Of a DNA stretch of 64,000 nt, positions 26,046-36,763 are shown piece after piece. A program made the translations under genes and the position numbers. The stretch comes from Marsupella aquatica (taxonomy: Eukaryota; Plantae; Marchantiophyta), in assembly GCA_973895155.1 (NCBI GenBank), contig OZ316897.1, positions 19,292,168 through 19,356,167 on the forward strand, in the 5' to 3' direction. The notes below the pieces were generated by a model. It searched no databases, was not told the DNA's origin, and worked only from the letters and a program-made list of their open reading frames with translations. Numbering within the stretch: position 1 is the stretch's first letter; every line of letters begins with the position of its first letter.

Positions 26046-26855
26046 ATAACATTTTTTAGCTGCCTCAAAAACTATTTTAACTGGTAAACGTCCTCCCATG
26101 GATTCATCTTAGCCACACATTCCAATTATTTGAGCTCATTATGGGTGCCTGATTCCTTGCAAAGAGGCAATATAGTAATGTCATTAATATAATGGACAAC
26201 TGTCACATCGTGCAAAGTAGAAAAATTTACAAATATTCCTTATCTATTTTTCCTAGGTTACTTTCTTATCTTTACTTAATCCTCCAGACATTTAAGGAGA
26301 ACTGTGGGATTCTTGCATATGGGGTCCGTGGCAAGGTGGGAAACTGGCTAATGGAAGACACATAAGGCCCATTCTTGCCAAAGCGACACACTCTTTAGGG
26401 CACTCTTGCATGTGGGCAGCCCCTTACTTTTGCGACCCTCACCTGAATGGATGACAATGAGATGATTGACTGCGATTTTCATGCATGCACCCCTTCCTCA
26501 GGCAGGCCCTCAGGCATCGCAAATGGAGAACCAACAGCAAAGGCTGGAGATTTTCCTGCCCTTGAGTTCTTGACCTGTGAAAGCTCCGTAAAATAAAATG
26601 AGGCAGGGCCACTAAAGTTATGACACCCAGCAACCTCGCTAGCAACAGCAAATGAGGGAGAAGACAGGGCCTCAAAAGAAAAGGGCAGCTTGCATGCAAG
26701 ACAACTCCTAGTGTAGTTTCTTACAGCTTCAGAAATGAGGCCACACTATAATTGGGCAGTGCTTGCCAGAGTGAGGCCATTGTGGGGAGTCTAGTATGGC
26801 CCCCGGGTCAACCAAGTGGGGAGACTAAGTATTAAATAGCCATGGTTTGAGCTGG

Positions 26856-27934
26856 GAGGTATATGCTGAGGTATTTGCTTGATCGACCCCCAAAATGCAA
26901 CTTGTTATTTGATCGACCCCCTGAGGTCTATGAACGGCCCAGATCTGAGATCGAAAGGTCCATCAATGGTCCAGATTCGAGAAAAGTATCAAGGGGGTTG
27001 ATTAAGCAAACTTTTTCCAGAAGGGGGTCTACTAAGCATATCCCTTGTATATGCTTGATGAGACCCTTGCAAAACCTAATTTACGTGACAGGCCCCTACC
27101 AAACTTTTGCTACAAACTAGGCCCACTGCATAGGTTCCATACACACGGTTCTAGTGTGATGCTTAAATGCATGGTCAATTGTACATTTCCTATTGTAATC
27201 CATCACACATTGCGTCACCTTTTACACCTTCACATGATTATAGAGTAAGTCTATGCTTGATTACAGAAGAAGGGATCCACCGCTCCAGGATAGTGGGTTC
27301 ATACAACATTTAGTCTAGTTCTTGCAGGCTGACAAAATTTTCCCGTTATGATTGAGTCCATGGTATCTTTGTTTCACACTTGGACAATTTTTGAAAGTTG
27401 CAACAAGGGAAAACAATGAAGAGTAATTTAAGATCTTTGGTTCCTTCCATACTCTTAGACAAATTTGGGGTCTAGATTCGAAAAGACAACATCCATGTTG
27501 TCTTTTTTCCACACTTGAACAAGTTTCCACACTAGGGACCAATGGCCAAACGTAGAGGATTCATTCCATACTTAGACAAAAAGAACAAATAGAAACGTCA
27601 AACATCATGCAAACCACGTGCAAAGGTTTTGTGAAGCAACCTAAAGACAAAATTCAAACTTGAAGACATTCATGAACCATATTGTCTTCACTTAGGAACT
27701 TGCAATTCTCATGACGGCCGCCATTACTCCACGGTTCCCCAACGGGTGTAGTTTGTCATTCAACATGGTTTGACTCTAAACTTTACAGTAGCTCTTATTG
27801 GTGATAATATTAAGCTAAAACTCCTTATAGAAACTTTACAAAAATGACAATGGGGGCCTAGTTTGTAACAAAAGTTTCATAAGGGCCTATCACCTAAATT
27901 TCTTTTGGGAGGGGTTCCATCAAGCATATACCTC
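26856..27934. mobile_element. Non-autonomous Mutator-like element
   Basis: TIRs GAGGTATATGCT(TGATG) and CATCAAGCATATACCTC; perfect 10-bp TSD TTTGAGCTGG (26846-26855, 27935-27944). Confidence 0.9.
26868..27046. mobile_element. 179-bp Mutator-like MITE nested in the left TIR of the 26856-27934 element
   Basis: 9-bp TSD GTATATGCT (26859-26867, 27047-27055); ends GAGGTATTTGCTTGATCGACCCC and GGGGTCTACTAAGCATATCCCTT. Confidence 0.85.
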
Positions 27935-30900
27935 TTTGAGCTGGTGGACCATGACACCTTTTACACCTTCACTCAGTGACAGTCTCCTTTCTTCCAAAAA
28001 GTATCAAGAGCAAAATTTGACCTTCAATATCTCCATTGACATACAAGTGATTCAACTCGTTTGGTCTTATTAGACGACGGGGCTTTGAAAGACCTCAACC
28101 AGTCTAATATGTTGAATTTTTAAGAAGAATTGAGTGAGTTGTGAATCTCTTAAGATAACTTGAGCACTCACTGTCCACACATTGTGTCTCCAAACGTTTT
28201 GGGCAGCTAACCTTGACATTCAATATCTCCCATAATATAATTTGGAATCTTATTTTTTGGATTCTTTAGAAACGTCTTGGAAAGATCTTTCCTTTCCTCT
28301 TTTCTTCAAAGCGACAGTGCATTCAATGAAATTCAAAAAGACCACCGCAACAAAAACAAACGGGGAAAAGAGAAAACAGACCAAAGGTACATGTCAAACA
28401 AGCACAATGACGCCCCAAAAAACCCCACAAGTGCGCAAGAAAAACACAGACCGCATACAATAAGTTAGACCAACATAAGCTCAACGGCAAATTGCAGCAA
28501 TGCAACAATCAACGATGACAAAGCAAGGATCCCAGCCTCCAGCCAAGTTACCCATTTAAAAGCAAAGCAGAAATATCATGGAAAGATATTTCCTACAAAT
28601 CTTATATCATCAAATTCCATCCAGAATTAAGAGCCTACAAACTTCCAAAGAAAATTGTCTTGTTTTCTTGCCACATTTCACTCATTGATATAAACATGTT
28701 CCATATAAATAGAGAAGAGGTTATGTTTGAGTCCATAAGGGTTTCAAAAGTTTATCCAAACATTTTGGCAAATGTGAAGGTCCTTCTGGTTTCAACTTTC
28801 AGATTCCAGTATCAGTGCTCATTGTTGGCCAAAAATAGCCAAAAAGAGAAACTCTTGATCTCCATTCCAACTTTTACTCCAAGGTATAAATGGTGATATC
28901 TGGCCAGAAATAACTAAACAGAAAACCACTGCATCTGCATCCCAAATTCGACTTTCCAATGTCAATGGTGATTCTTTGCCAAAATGGGGTACCCAAAAAA
29001 GAGAAATAGTGCATTAGCTTGCTTTTCACCTAGTCACGGATCCCGTCAGCCAGAATCTGATCATTATCCTTAAATTTAGTTAGCTCTAACAGTCTAAAGT
29101 TTATCTAGGAAAATCAGCTAAGAAATATCTTGAGCATCTTCTGTTTGCCACATGGTGACATTCTGTTTGTCACCTTGTGGGGAGATTTAGTGTGTAAATT
29201 TTGCTAGATGCTGCTTCTCTCCAAAGTCTTCGCCTCTTCTGGCAAAATTTTCCAGGAGTTTTGTCTTCCATGAGCCAATTCTTCACTTAGTTGGAATCTG
29301 GCAATTATTATAATCTGGGGAGATCCATGGTTAGCTCTACTTCTTAAGATATCTGTTGATCAAATAATTAGAAAAAATAGATCAATATTAGTAGCATTAT
29401 GTCCTTTACACAAAGTGACATTCGTCCCCTGACCAAAAATATAAAACCTGATCTCCGTCCCATCTTCCACTTTCACACGTCAGTTGTGAAGTTGGCCAAC
29501 TAGAAATATTGCAGAGGATAGCGTATCACATTACACAGTACCAATCACCCTGTACAATGATGACTTATTAAGTGAGCGCAGTGAATGTCTCCAACGACTT
29601 TGTCTGCAGATACCAACCATGGAAGTAGACCATCAATGCTGCTCGTTGACCATACCCTCTTCGATTTGCTTTCTCTCATCTTCTGATCTTCTCCTCTGTG
29701 ACTCTGGACTCAATTAATTCAAAACACTGTGTTCTTCGACTCCTTCAGTGATTCAGTCCTTCTGCACCCTGCAGCTCAGGTCGCAAAGACGTGAACGAAA
29801 TCAGCGAACGAACGAGGAAAGGACGACAATGCGACATCGCAAAGGGCAGAATCCTGCATTGAATGCACTCGTGCATCCATCAATTCGGCCGTGCATTCAG
29901 AACAGTTGAGTTCTGGTGATTTCAGATTGCAGTTCGTTTACCAGAATGATTCTCGTGGGAGGATTGTATATAGTTTCCATTCAGATCGGTGTCGTGAATA
30001 CCTTGGCCCTCGCATCACAGCAAATCTAAACGAGGAGCTCTTCGAAAGCTCGAATGTCAATGAGTTGGACAGAAAAGCGGAACATTAGAACAGCGTGATT
30101 GAAAGGGAAGCAACAAAGCGTAATTAAATATTAAAATATAGTTCAATCGTTGAACAAGGTGTGCCGAAAACGCCCAAACGATGAAAGGGGATGGATCGGC
30201 AATGCTCGATTTCGGTGACAATGAATCAATTACGAAGTCTCAAAGCTAGACCATATCAGGCGACTTCTTTTTTTCCCTCAAAAAAATCAAAAAAATTTCA
30301 TTCATTTAGTTGGCATACAAAATGGGGGACCCCAAAAAGAGGACATCAACCCAGGGAAACCAGAGGTCTACGTGCCAAGACCGATGAGGCTGGAACCAGG
30401 TAAAATGCTGGGCCTTCGGAAAGGCAAACCAAATAAGCTATTTGGAGACTACGACAGGGGCAGCAAATCCCCAAAGACCGGCCAGTGATCAAGGACCAGC
30501 GAGGTCCCATACAATAACTTTTTCCCATAACTTTTGTAAGAGTCTATCATCAATTATCATAACAAATAAATACGGGCTCAATAAATAATCAATAGTCTTG
30601 ATAATTTTCCAGTGAGTACCCCCAGTTAAAAAAATCCTTGATTTGGTCTCATAAACTAGAGTTACAGGTTTAGGGTTGAACCATAAACTAGTGACCCTGA
30701 GACCTAGATTTGAGATGCCATATTAGTGAACACTCTAAAGCTCTCCTTATTCATCCAATTCAAACAGACATTGTCAAAGTAAGGTTTACCTGTGAAAATC
30801 TTAGGGTCTTGAATCAAAAATATTTTATCAAGGGACACACAAATAGTGGTGCCTTAGTAGTGACTTGGTTCACATTCTTTAGTTGTGAAGAGTTATTTTA

Positions 30901-31121
30901 ACTTGCTTCCAGACTTTCACCAGTGACCATTAAAAGTTTTTCAGACTACAATTAATGTCTGGAAATGTTTTTCTTACTTTTCAAAACTGCCCACATATTT
31001 CCCAGCCCACTGAAGTCACATTTTCATATTGGGTGTCAAATATTTTTGTGTGAACCTAATTACCCTTCCAATAATACACCAATAAGTAATTTGTGTCACA
31101 CATACCTTGTTACCTTTCACA

Positions 31122-31483
31122 CCAGGTTTAACTTGACGGGCAAGTTGACGGCTTGTTGGGCACATACAACTGTCAAATGACTGCCACAAAATGTACAATT
31201 TGACACATATTCCGTCTGATTTCCCTGGACTCCCCCGGACCCCGGCTCGACACAGCCCGAACCCCGGCCCCGGCCTACCTGAACCTGGCCTGAACTTCCC
31301 CGGACCCGACCCGACCCCAGCCCACCCAAACCTGACCCAACTGAACCCGGCCTGGGACACTTTTAATACCCGGCCCGACCAACCCTGCCACCCAGACCCG
31401 ACCCCAACTCCGGAAGATCGGGCGACCGGGATGACGGTTTGACGGCCTCCAATGCCCAATTTAACAGGCAAAGTCAAACCGGG
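31122..31483. mobile_element. hAT-like MITE (362 bp)
   Basis: 8-bp TSD CTTTCACA (31114-31121, 31484-31491); 13-bp imperfect TIR CCAGGTTTAACTT / AAGTCAAACCGGG; many internal CCCGG/CCCGA motifs. Confidence 0.75.
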
Positions 31484-32479
31484 CTTTCACATCACATTTC
31501 AACAGCATCAGTGCATCACAAATGCATTCAACGACCCTGGTACGGGAAGATAATATCACATGTGCCCTCTACTTTTCCTTGGAGCAAAGTAATGGGCATC
31601 TGCAGTATGACCGGTGTACATTATGTCAATCTGTATGTATATGGAGTTGTTGATTCTATATGTTTGACAAAGTCGTTGGGGTTGATAGAGAGTTTATTTT
31701 TTTCTACCATTTCTTTATGTTAATTTCTCAGGTAGGCATGTCCAACTGCCAAGATCTAATTATGTACGTATATCAAGTGAGAAGTGATCTCCCATTTGTG
31801 ACATCCGCTTACACTTCACCAGTTAACATCCTTGGTTTCCAAGAAAAGTTTCAGCCACAAAGTTTGACTTTCAATATCTCCCTTCCTGTCACCCTTCACA
31901 CAAAATTGACCATGTTATAAATTTCTAAAGATCATTCCATCTCTCATTGTTCACACTTTATACTTCTCAAAGGTATTTGGCTACCAAGTCTGACATAGAG
32001 TATCTCCCTTGATATCAAACAGAATCTTATTTGGTTTGGTTCATTAGATGTTCGAAGGCTTGGAATGTCTCTACAAAGTACCTAATATAGTCTAAACTCA
32101 TTGAGAACTGTAAGTCAAAGTTCATTGCATTTTCTCACCACATCTCACTTGTCTGTGTAATCTGAACACAAATGGGGTTTCGTAATGCTTCATCTGGGTT
32201 ACAAAAATCTATGTGTGTTTTGGACATGTGGAGGTCATTTGGGCTTCAATTTCATCTAGTGATGGTGAGATGTTAATTTCTCTGGTAGGAATGTCCAATG
32301 GTCAAGCATAAATTATATATGTATATCAGGGAATGGAGAGATAGGGAGTTTATTCTGACCAATTCTTTATGTTAATTCCTCAGGCATATAGGCCAACTCG
32401 CAAGGCATAATTACGTATGTGTCAAGTGATGGAGAGACCCTAAGAAAGTGAAGGAGAGAGTTCCTTCAATCCCAAGGAC

Positions 32480-34807
32480 TCCGCTCCGCGTTGCGCGGCT
32501 GGTGGCCCCTCTGGCTATGTCTTTGAGCATTTTCGTGATTTATTCCCCCCTGAGGATCCTCAGTCTGGTTTTCCAGTTTTCTTCTCCTTTTGCCAGTGTA
32601 TTGCTGCCGGCCGTTTGCCTCCTCCCGTCTCTCGGCTTTTGAGTGCTTCTCGTTTATTGGCCATGGCTAAGTCTTCACCGGGTGTTCGGCCCATAGCTAT
32701 TGGAGAGGTCTTTCTTCGTCTGGTGTCTCGCGCACTTTCATCGCAGTATCGCTCTGCACTATCGGATCATCTCTCTCCACATCAGTTTGCAGTGGGCGTT
32801 CCTGGCGGTTGTGAGACAGTTATTGCGGGTATTCGTACTACCTTGGACCTCCACCCTGATTGGGTTGTCCTCCAGGTTGATGTCTCCAATGCTTTCAATA
32901 CGGTTTCTCGGGCAGCAATTTTTCGTGCTTTGAGGGCAGCGGATCCAGACATCCAGTCCCTTATCCCCTTTGTCCGTTGTTTTTATGGGTGTGAGGCCCC
33001 CCTCTTCTATAGTCATCACACCTCTACAGGAGTGTATACCACTCTTTCTTCTACAGAAGGTACACGTCAGGGTGACCCTTTGGGTGGGCCTCTTTTTGCC
33101 ATTGCCCATTTTACTGCTTTACGAGAAGCCTCCGCGGCCCACCCCCAGTGTATCTTCCCCTCCCTTTCAGATGACACCCACATCATTGGTCCACCTTTTG
33201 CTGTTACTTCTGCCCTCGCCACCCTTTCCACCCATTTGTTGGGCCTCGGTTTACGAGTACAGCCGGTGAAGAGTCGTGCATGGAGTCCAGCTGGGTTACC
33301 CTCTGATCTTGCGCTTCCCCCTGGGTTCTTACGTCCTGCCGACGGTCTTCGGGTCCTTGGCTCCCCAGTCGGTACCGCCTCCTTTTGCTCATCTTTCATT
33401 GCTGACGCTCTCCAGGCTGCCTTAGCCCCTACTCCTATGCTCCCTAAGTTAGCAGACTCTCAGGCAGCATTTGGGTTGTTATTGAGATGCATCCACCCTC
33501 GTGCGTCCTATTTGGCTCGGACACATCCCCCTACCGAGGATCTTTCTCTACACCTCCGAGCGTTTGATGTCTCCATTCGTGAGACTTTGGCCTCTCTTTT
33601 AGGGCCAGGTACTTTACTCTCATCTCCGTGGCTTCATCGACAGCTCAGTCTTCCTATTTCTCACGGTGGTTTTGGGCTTACTTCCACTGAGCGCCTTGCA
33701 CCTTTGGCCTTCTTGGGCGCGTGGACGGCCGCCTTCTCATTGTTGGCAGATCGTTTCCTTACTGAGGATCGACCTTTTTTACTTTCATCTCTCATGGAGG
33801 TCGAGGAGGGTTCCCTCCCATTTCAGGTTCATTTGCGCACGGCTCGGTCATCATTACCCGATCCTGTTCGAGCTGCGTTACCTTCATTCCAGGAGTTTTT
33901 ATCCTTGGACCCCGTCCGTCTTCAGGCAGACCTTGCTGGGCGTATGCACGCTTTCACCCTCTCCAGCATCCTCACCGAGGCACCTGACACGGACCGAGCT
34001 CGGATTCTTTCTTCCGGAGGGAAGGGCGCAGGAGGCTGGCTTCAGGCCAATCCAGTCATTCCTCACCTGCGGATGTCTTCAGCGGAGTTTGCGACAGCCA
34101 TGCGTCTTCGTATGGGCTTGCCCCACCCACTTCTTGCTGGTTTACCTCCTACTTGCACTTGTGGGAAGCCTTGTGATGCCACAGGTGTCCATCTTCTTCG
34201 ATGCAGTTTGGGCGGCGAAACCATTTTTGTTCACGACGCTGTGAGAGATGCGACTGCTCAGGTTCTCTCTGGCTCTTTGGTCTGCGCGCGGCGGGAGGTG
34301 GTGCTCGAGTTACCTGGTCCTCCATCACAGCGGTTACGGGTGGATCTTACCATGGTCCGTGACGGTCACCGTACTTTGGCAGATGTAGTGGTGGCAAACC
34401 CATTGCGCCAAGACATCATTGGGACAGCGGCAACAACGGCAGGGGCAGCAGCATCACGAGCAGCACAAACGAAGGAGGCCAAATATGCTGCACGAGCTTC
34501 ATCTGATAGCTTCCTGCCCCTTGCTCTTGAGATATTTGGGCGTCTTCATCATCAGTTCGACGGGCTTCTTCGCCAAGCTGCTCGGGATGTTCACGGCCGG
34601 ATGGGTCCCACCGGGCCCCCGCTATCTGTTTTGACCACGCACTTTCGCCAACGCATTTCAGTCACCTTACAGCGTGCTCAAGCTCGGGCCGTCTATCGTC
34701 GATCTCTGACAGTGGGTGCTAGTGTGACTCCGCAGCGGCTAGCCCCCCTAGAGGACATTCCTGTCCCACTTGCCGATCTAGTTTCGACACTTGATGTAGA
34801 CCACTAG
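32480..34807 (+). CDS. RT/RLE ORF, open frame lacking its 5' end
   Basis: Frame stays open upstream of 32615 (AAGGPSGYVFEHF). Motifs VRPIAIGE, HQFAVG, DVSNAFN, GTRQGDPL, SLSDD, LPISHGGFGL, CTCGKPCDATGVHLLRC, HDAVRD, RVD...ADV, KEAKY, FLPLALEIFG. Confidence 0.88.
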   Translation, partial: SAPRCAAGGPSGYVFEHFRDLFPPEDPQSGFPVFFSFCQCIAAGRLPPPVSRLLSASRLLAMAKSSPGVRPIAIGEVFLRLVSRALSSQYRSALSDHLSPHQFAVGVPGGCETVIAGIRTTLDLHPDWVVLQVDVSNAFNTVSRAAIFRALRAADPDIQSLIPFVRCFYGCEAPLFYSHHTSTGVYTTLSSTEGTRQGDPLGGPLFAIAHFTALREASAAHPQCIFPSLSDDTHIIGPPFAVTSALATLSTHLLGLGLRVQPVKSRAWSPAGLPSDLALPPGFLRPADGLRVLGSPVGTASFCSSFIADALQAALAPTPMLPKLADSQAAFGLLLRCIHPRASYLARTHPPTEDLSLHLRAFDVSIRETLASLLGPGTLLSSPWLHRQLSLPISHGGFGLTSTERLAPLAFLGAWTAAFSLLADRFLTEDRPFLLSSLMEVEEGSLPFQVHLRTARSSLPDPVRAALPSFQEFLSLDPVRLQADLAGRMHAFTLSSILTEAPDTDRARILSSGGKGAGGWLQANPVIPHLRMSSAEFATAMRLRMGLPHPLLAGLPPTCTCGKPCDATGVHLLRCSLGGETIFVHDAVRDATAQVLSGSLVCARREVVLELPGPPSQRLRVDLTMVRDGHRTLADVVVANPLRQDIIGTAATTAGAAASRAAQTKEAKYAARASSDSFLPLALEIFGRLHHQFDGLLRQAARDVHGRMGPTGPPLSVLTTHFRQRISVTLQRAQARAVYRRSLTVGASVTPQRLAPLEDIPVPLADLVSTLDVDH

Positions 34808-35050
34808 CTTGTAGCCACATTTGCTAGGTATGATGAGGACCTCGGTCCATTTGCGGTAGTTTTAGTTACTCTTTCTTGGTTTTTTGGGGTTTCCTTTTGC
34901 TCACTTCTTTTAGTTCCTCTTTCTTGGTTTTTAGGGTTTCCTTTTGCTCACTTCTTTTGCGTTTGGTTTTGTCCACTTGGGACCTCTCTTGTTTATTCTT
35001 TTGTACTCTATTTGGCCTTTTTCTGTATAAAGTATGTGTATATTCAAAAA
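32480..35050 (+). mobile_element. 5'-truncated CRE-like non-LTR retrotransposon (RT plus restriction-like endonuclease)
   Basis: Single long ORF followed by a ~240-bp T-rich 3' UTR. Both ends approximate; no TSD found. Confidence 0.85.
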
Positions 35051-36763
35051 CTAAAGGTTGATTTACGAGAACTGGGAGGCCATTGTCTTCTTTCTATTCT
35101 ATCTGAGTTTGAATCTGCACCTCCTCTTTGCGAGTTTCAATAGCATGTAAATCCATTAAAAGGAGTTAATAAACTGTTCTATCCAAAATGCAAAGTGAAA
35201 CCGGGCTAACTATAGGAGGACCCATGCTTCATTTATTAACGTTAGCAACACACCTATGCCCAACTAAGGTTCAGCAATGGGCCAGTATTGAGACCCATAC
35301 ATGCCCCGGTAATTATATCTTAGTAGTGGGCTCATGCTCAGTTAATTTTGGCAACTGGCCCCCGCTCGAGTAATTTTTGGGGTGGCTTTAGTAGACAACG
35401 TGCTTATTGTATTCTTTGAGGTGTTCTTTTGTTTCCCTTTGAGATTCCATCTGGACTGAGTTAGGAGTTCCTAGCTGCATTTGACTTTACACTTTACAAT
35501 AACTCAGGGCCCCATTAAGATATGATGTCTACCTATCCTACATGGAAAGGACTGCATCCAGTAAAGTGTTCATTTCAAATGTCCAGAATTCTTAATGACC
35601 TCCAAAGGTGGTCCAAACTTATGCACTCATTGAATTTTATATCAAAAGACTTTTGGTTTGGAGTCTACCTTTAGAATAAGAAGTGGCGCTTCAAATTGCT
35701 TTGGTGAAAAAAGTTTCAAGTATCCCCATGTCTTGTAAAGCCATCCCAAGTACTGTAGAGTGGGGTCTCACCTCCCAAAGGTTGCCTTTTGACCCTACTA
35801 GAAGGGCTCCTTTTTTCAGGGCACTAATTTAGTTACCAGCACGTCAGATAGATGCATGGCACTTGGCCCAAACCCCACACCCAAAAATCCTCCCCAACAC
35901 CCAGATGTTTTAAGTTTGAAGGAGGGGAAACAGAGCCCATGTGCAACGGCCGCACAGTAGGCCCCCACTCAAGTCCAGAATCCCTTAGTTAGTAAGAAAA
36001 TTACCTAAGATTCAAGCAGCCACCATTCCCAGATACACTAAGGGCTCTTAAGAAAAAAAGGAGACTTTTTTCAAGTGTTGAAGTTGTCGTGTGTAAGCCT
36101 GACTTTAGTGTTCTCCGCTGTGGTGCAAGGTTTCTGCAAAAAGCATTGAGACCTAGTAGCACTGACCAGGGTTTATTAGAACCAAGAAGATTAAGATCTT
36201 ATTCAAGTGATGACCAAAAATCAGAGCCAAAGACAGTCAAGGGAGTAATAGTCTAAGTTTTGAGAGGCATTGGGAGGCTTTAAAAATATATCCACTAGCT
36301 GGAAGGTATAAAAAATACCCTCCTTAAGTGGACTCCAATGGACCGAACACTTCTTCTCTCCCTATATAGTGAGCACTAATGTGCTAATGGAAACTAATGT
36401 GCCAAGGAAACTAATGTGCTAAGCAAACTAATGTGCTATGCAAATCGAGTGTAATGCTTCTGAGGGTTCCATAGAGAGGTTGCATTGGTCCATCTGAGCA
36501 TCTTGTCCAATCTGATTAACCGCAGGAGCTTCAGTTTCTCTGGTACACACAAGGGTCAGTGACAAAATATAATACTGTAGTAGGTTGGTTGAGCTCCGTT
36601 GTTAGTATACAGTTTTCATTTTCTCACTAGAAAGGAACATTTTACCAGGCACTAATGAGTCAATTTGAATTTTATCAGCATAGTGCATAGGGCTGAATAC
36701 TTGATCCAAATGACTAGCCACCCTCACTCAGCAACAAAGTGTCCCACAGAGAGGCAAACTGAG

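Noticed and set aside
31016-31477. Gly/Pro-rich ORFs on both strands
   Set aside because: They arise from the internal CCCGG/CCCGA motifs of the hAT-like MITE.
33666-34244. 192-aa alternative-frame ORF inside the CRE-like ORF
   Set aside because: No motifs; likely a shadow of codon bias in the RT ORF.
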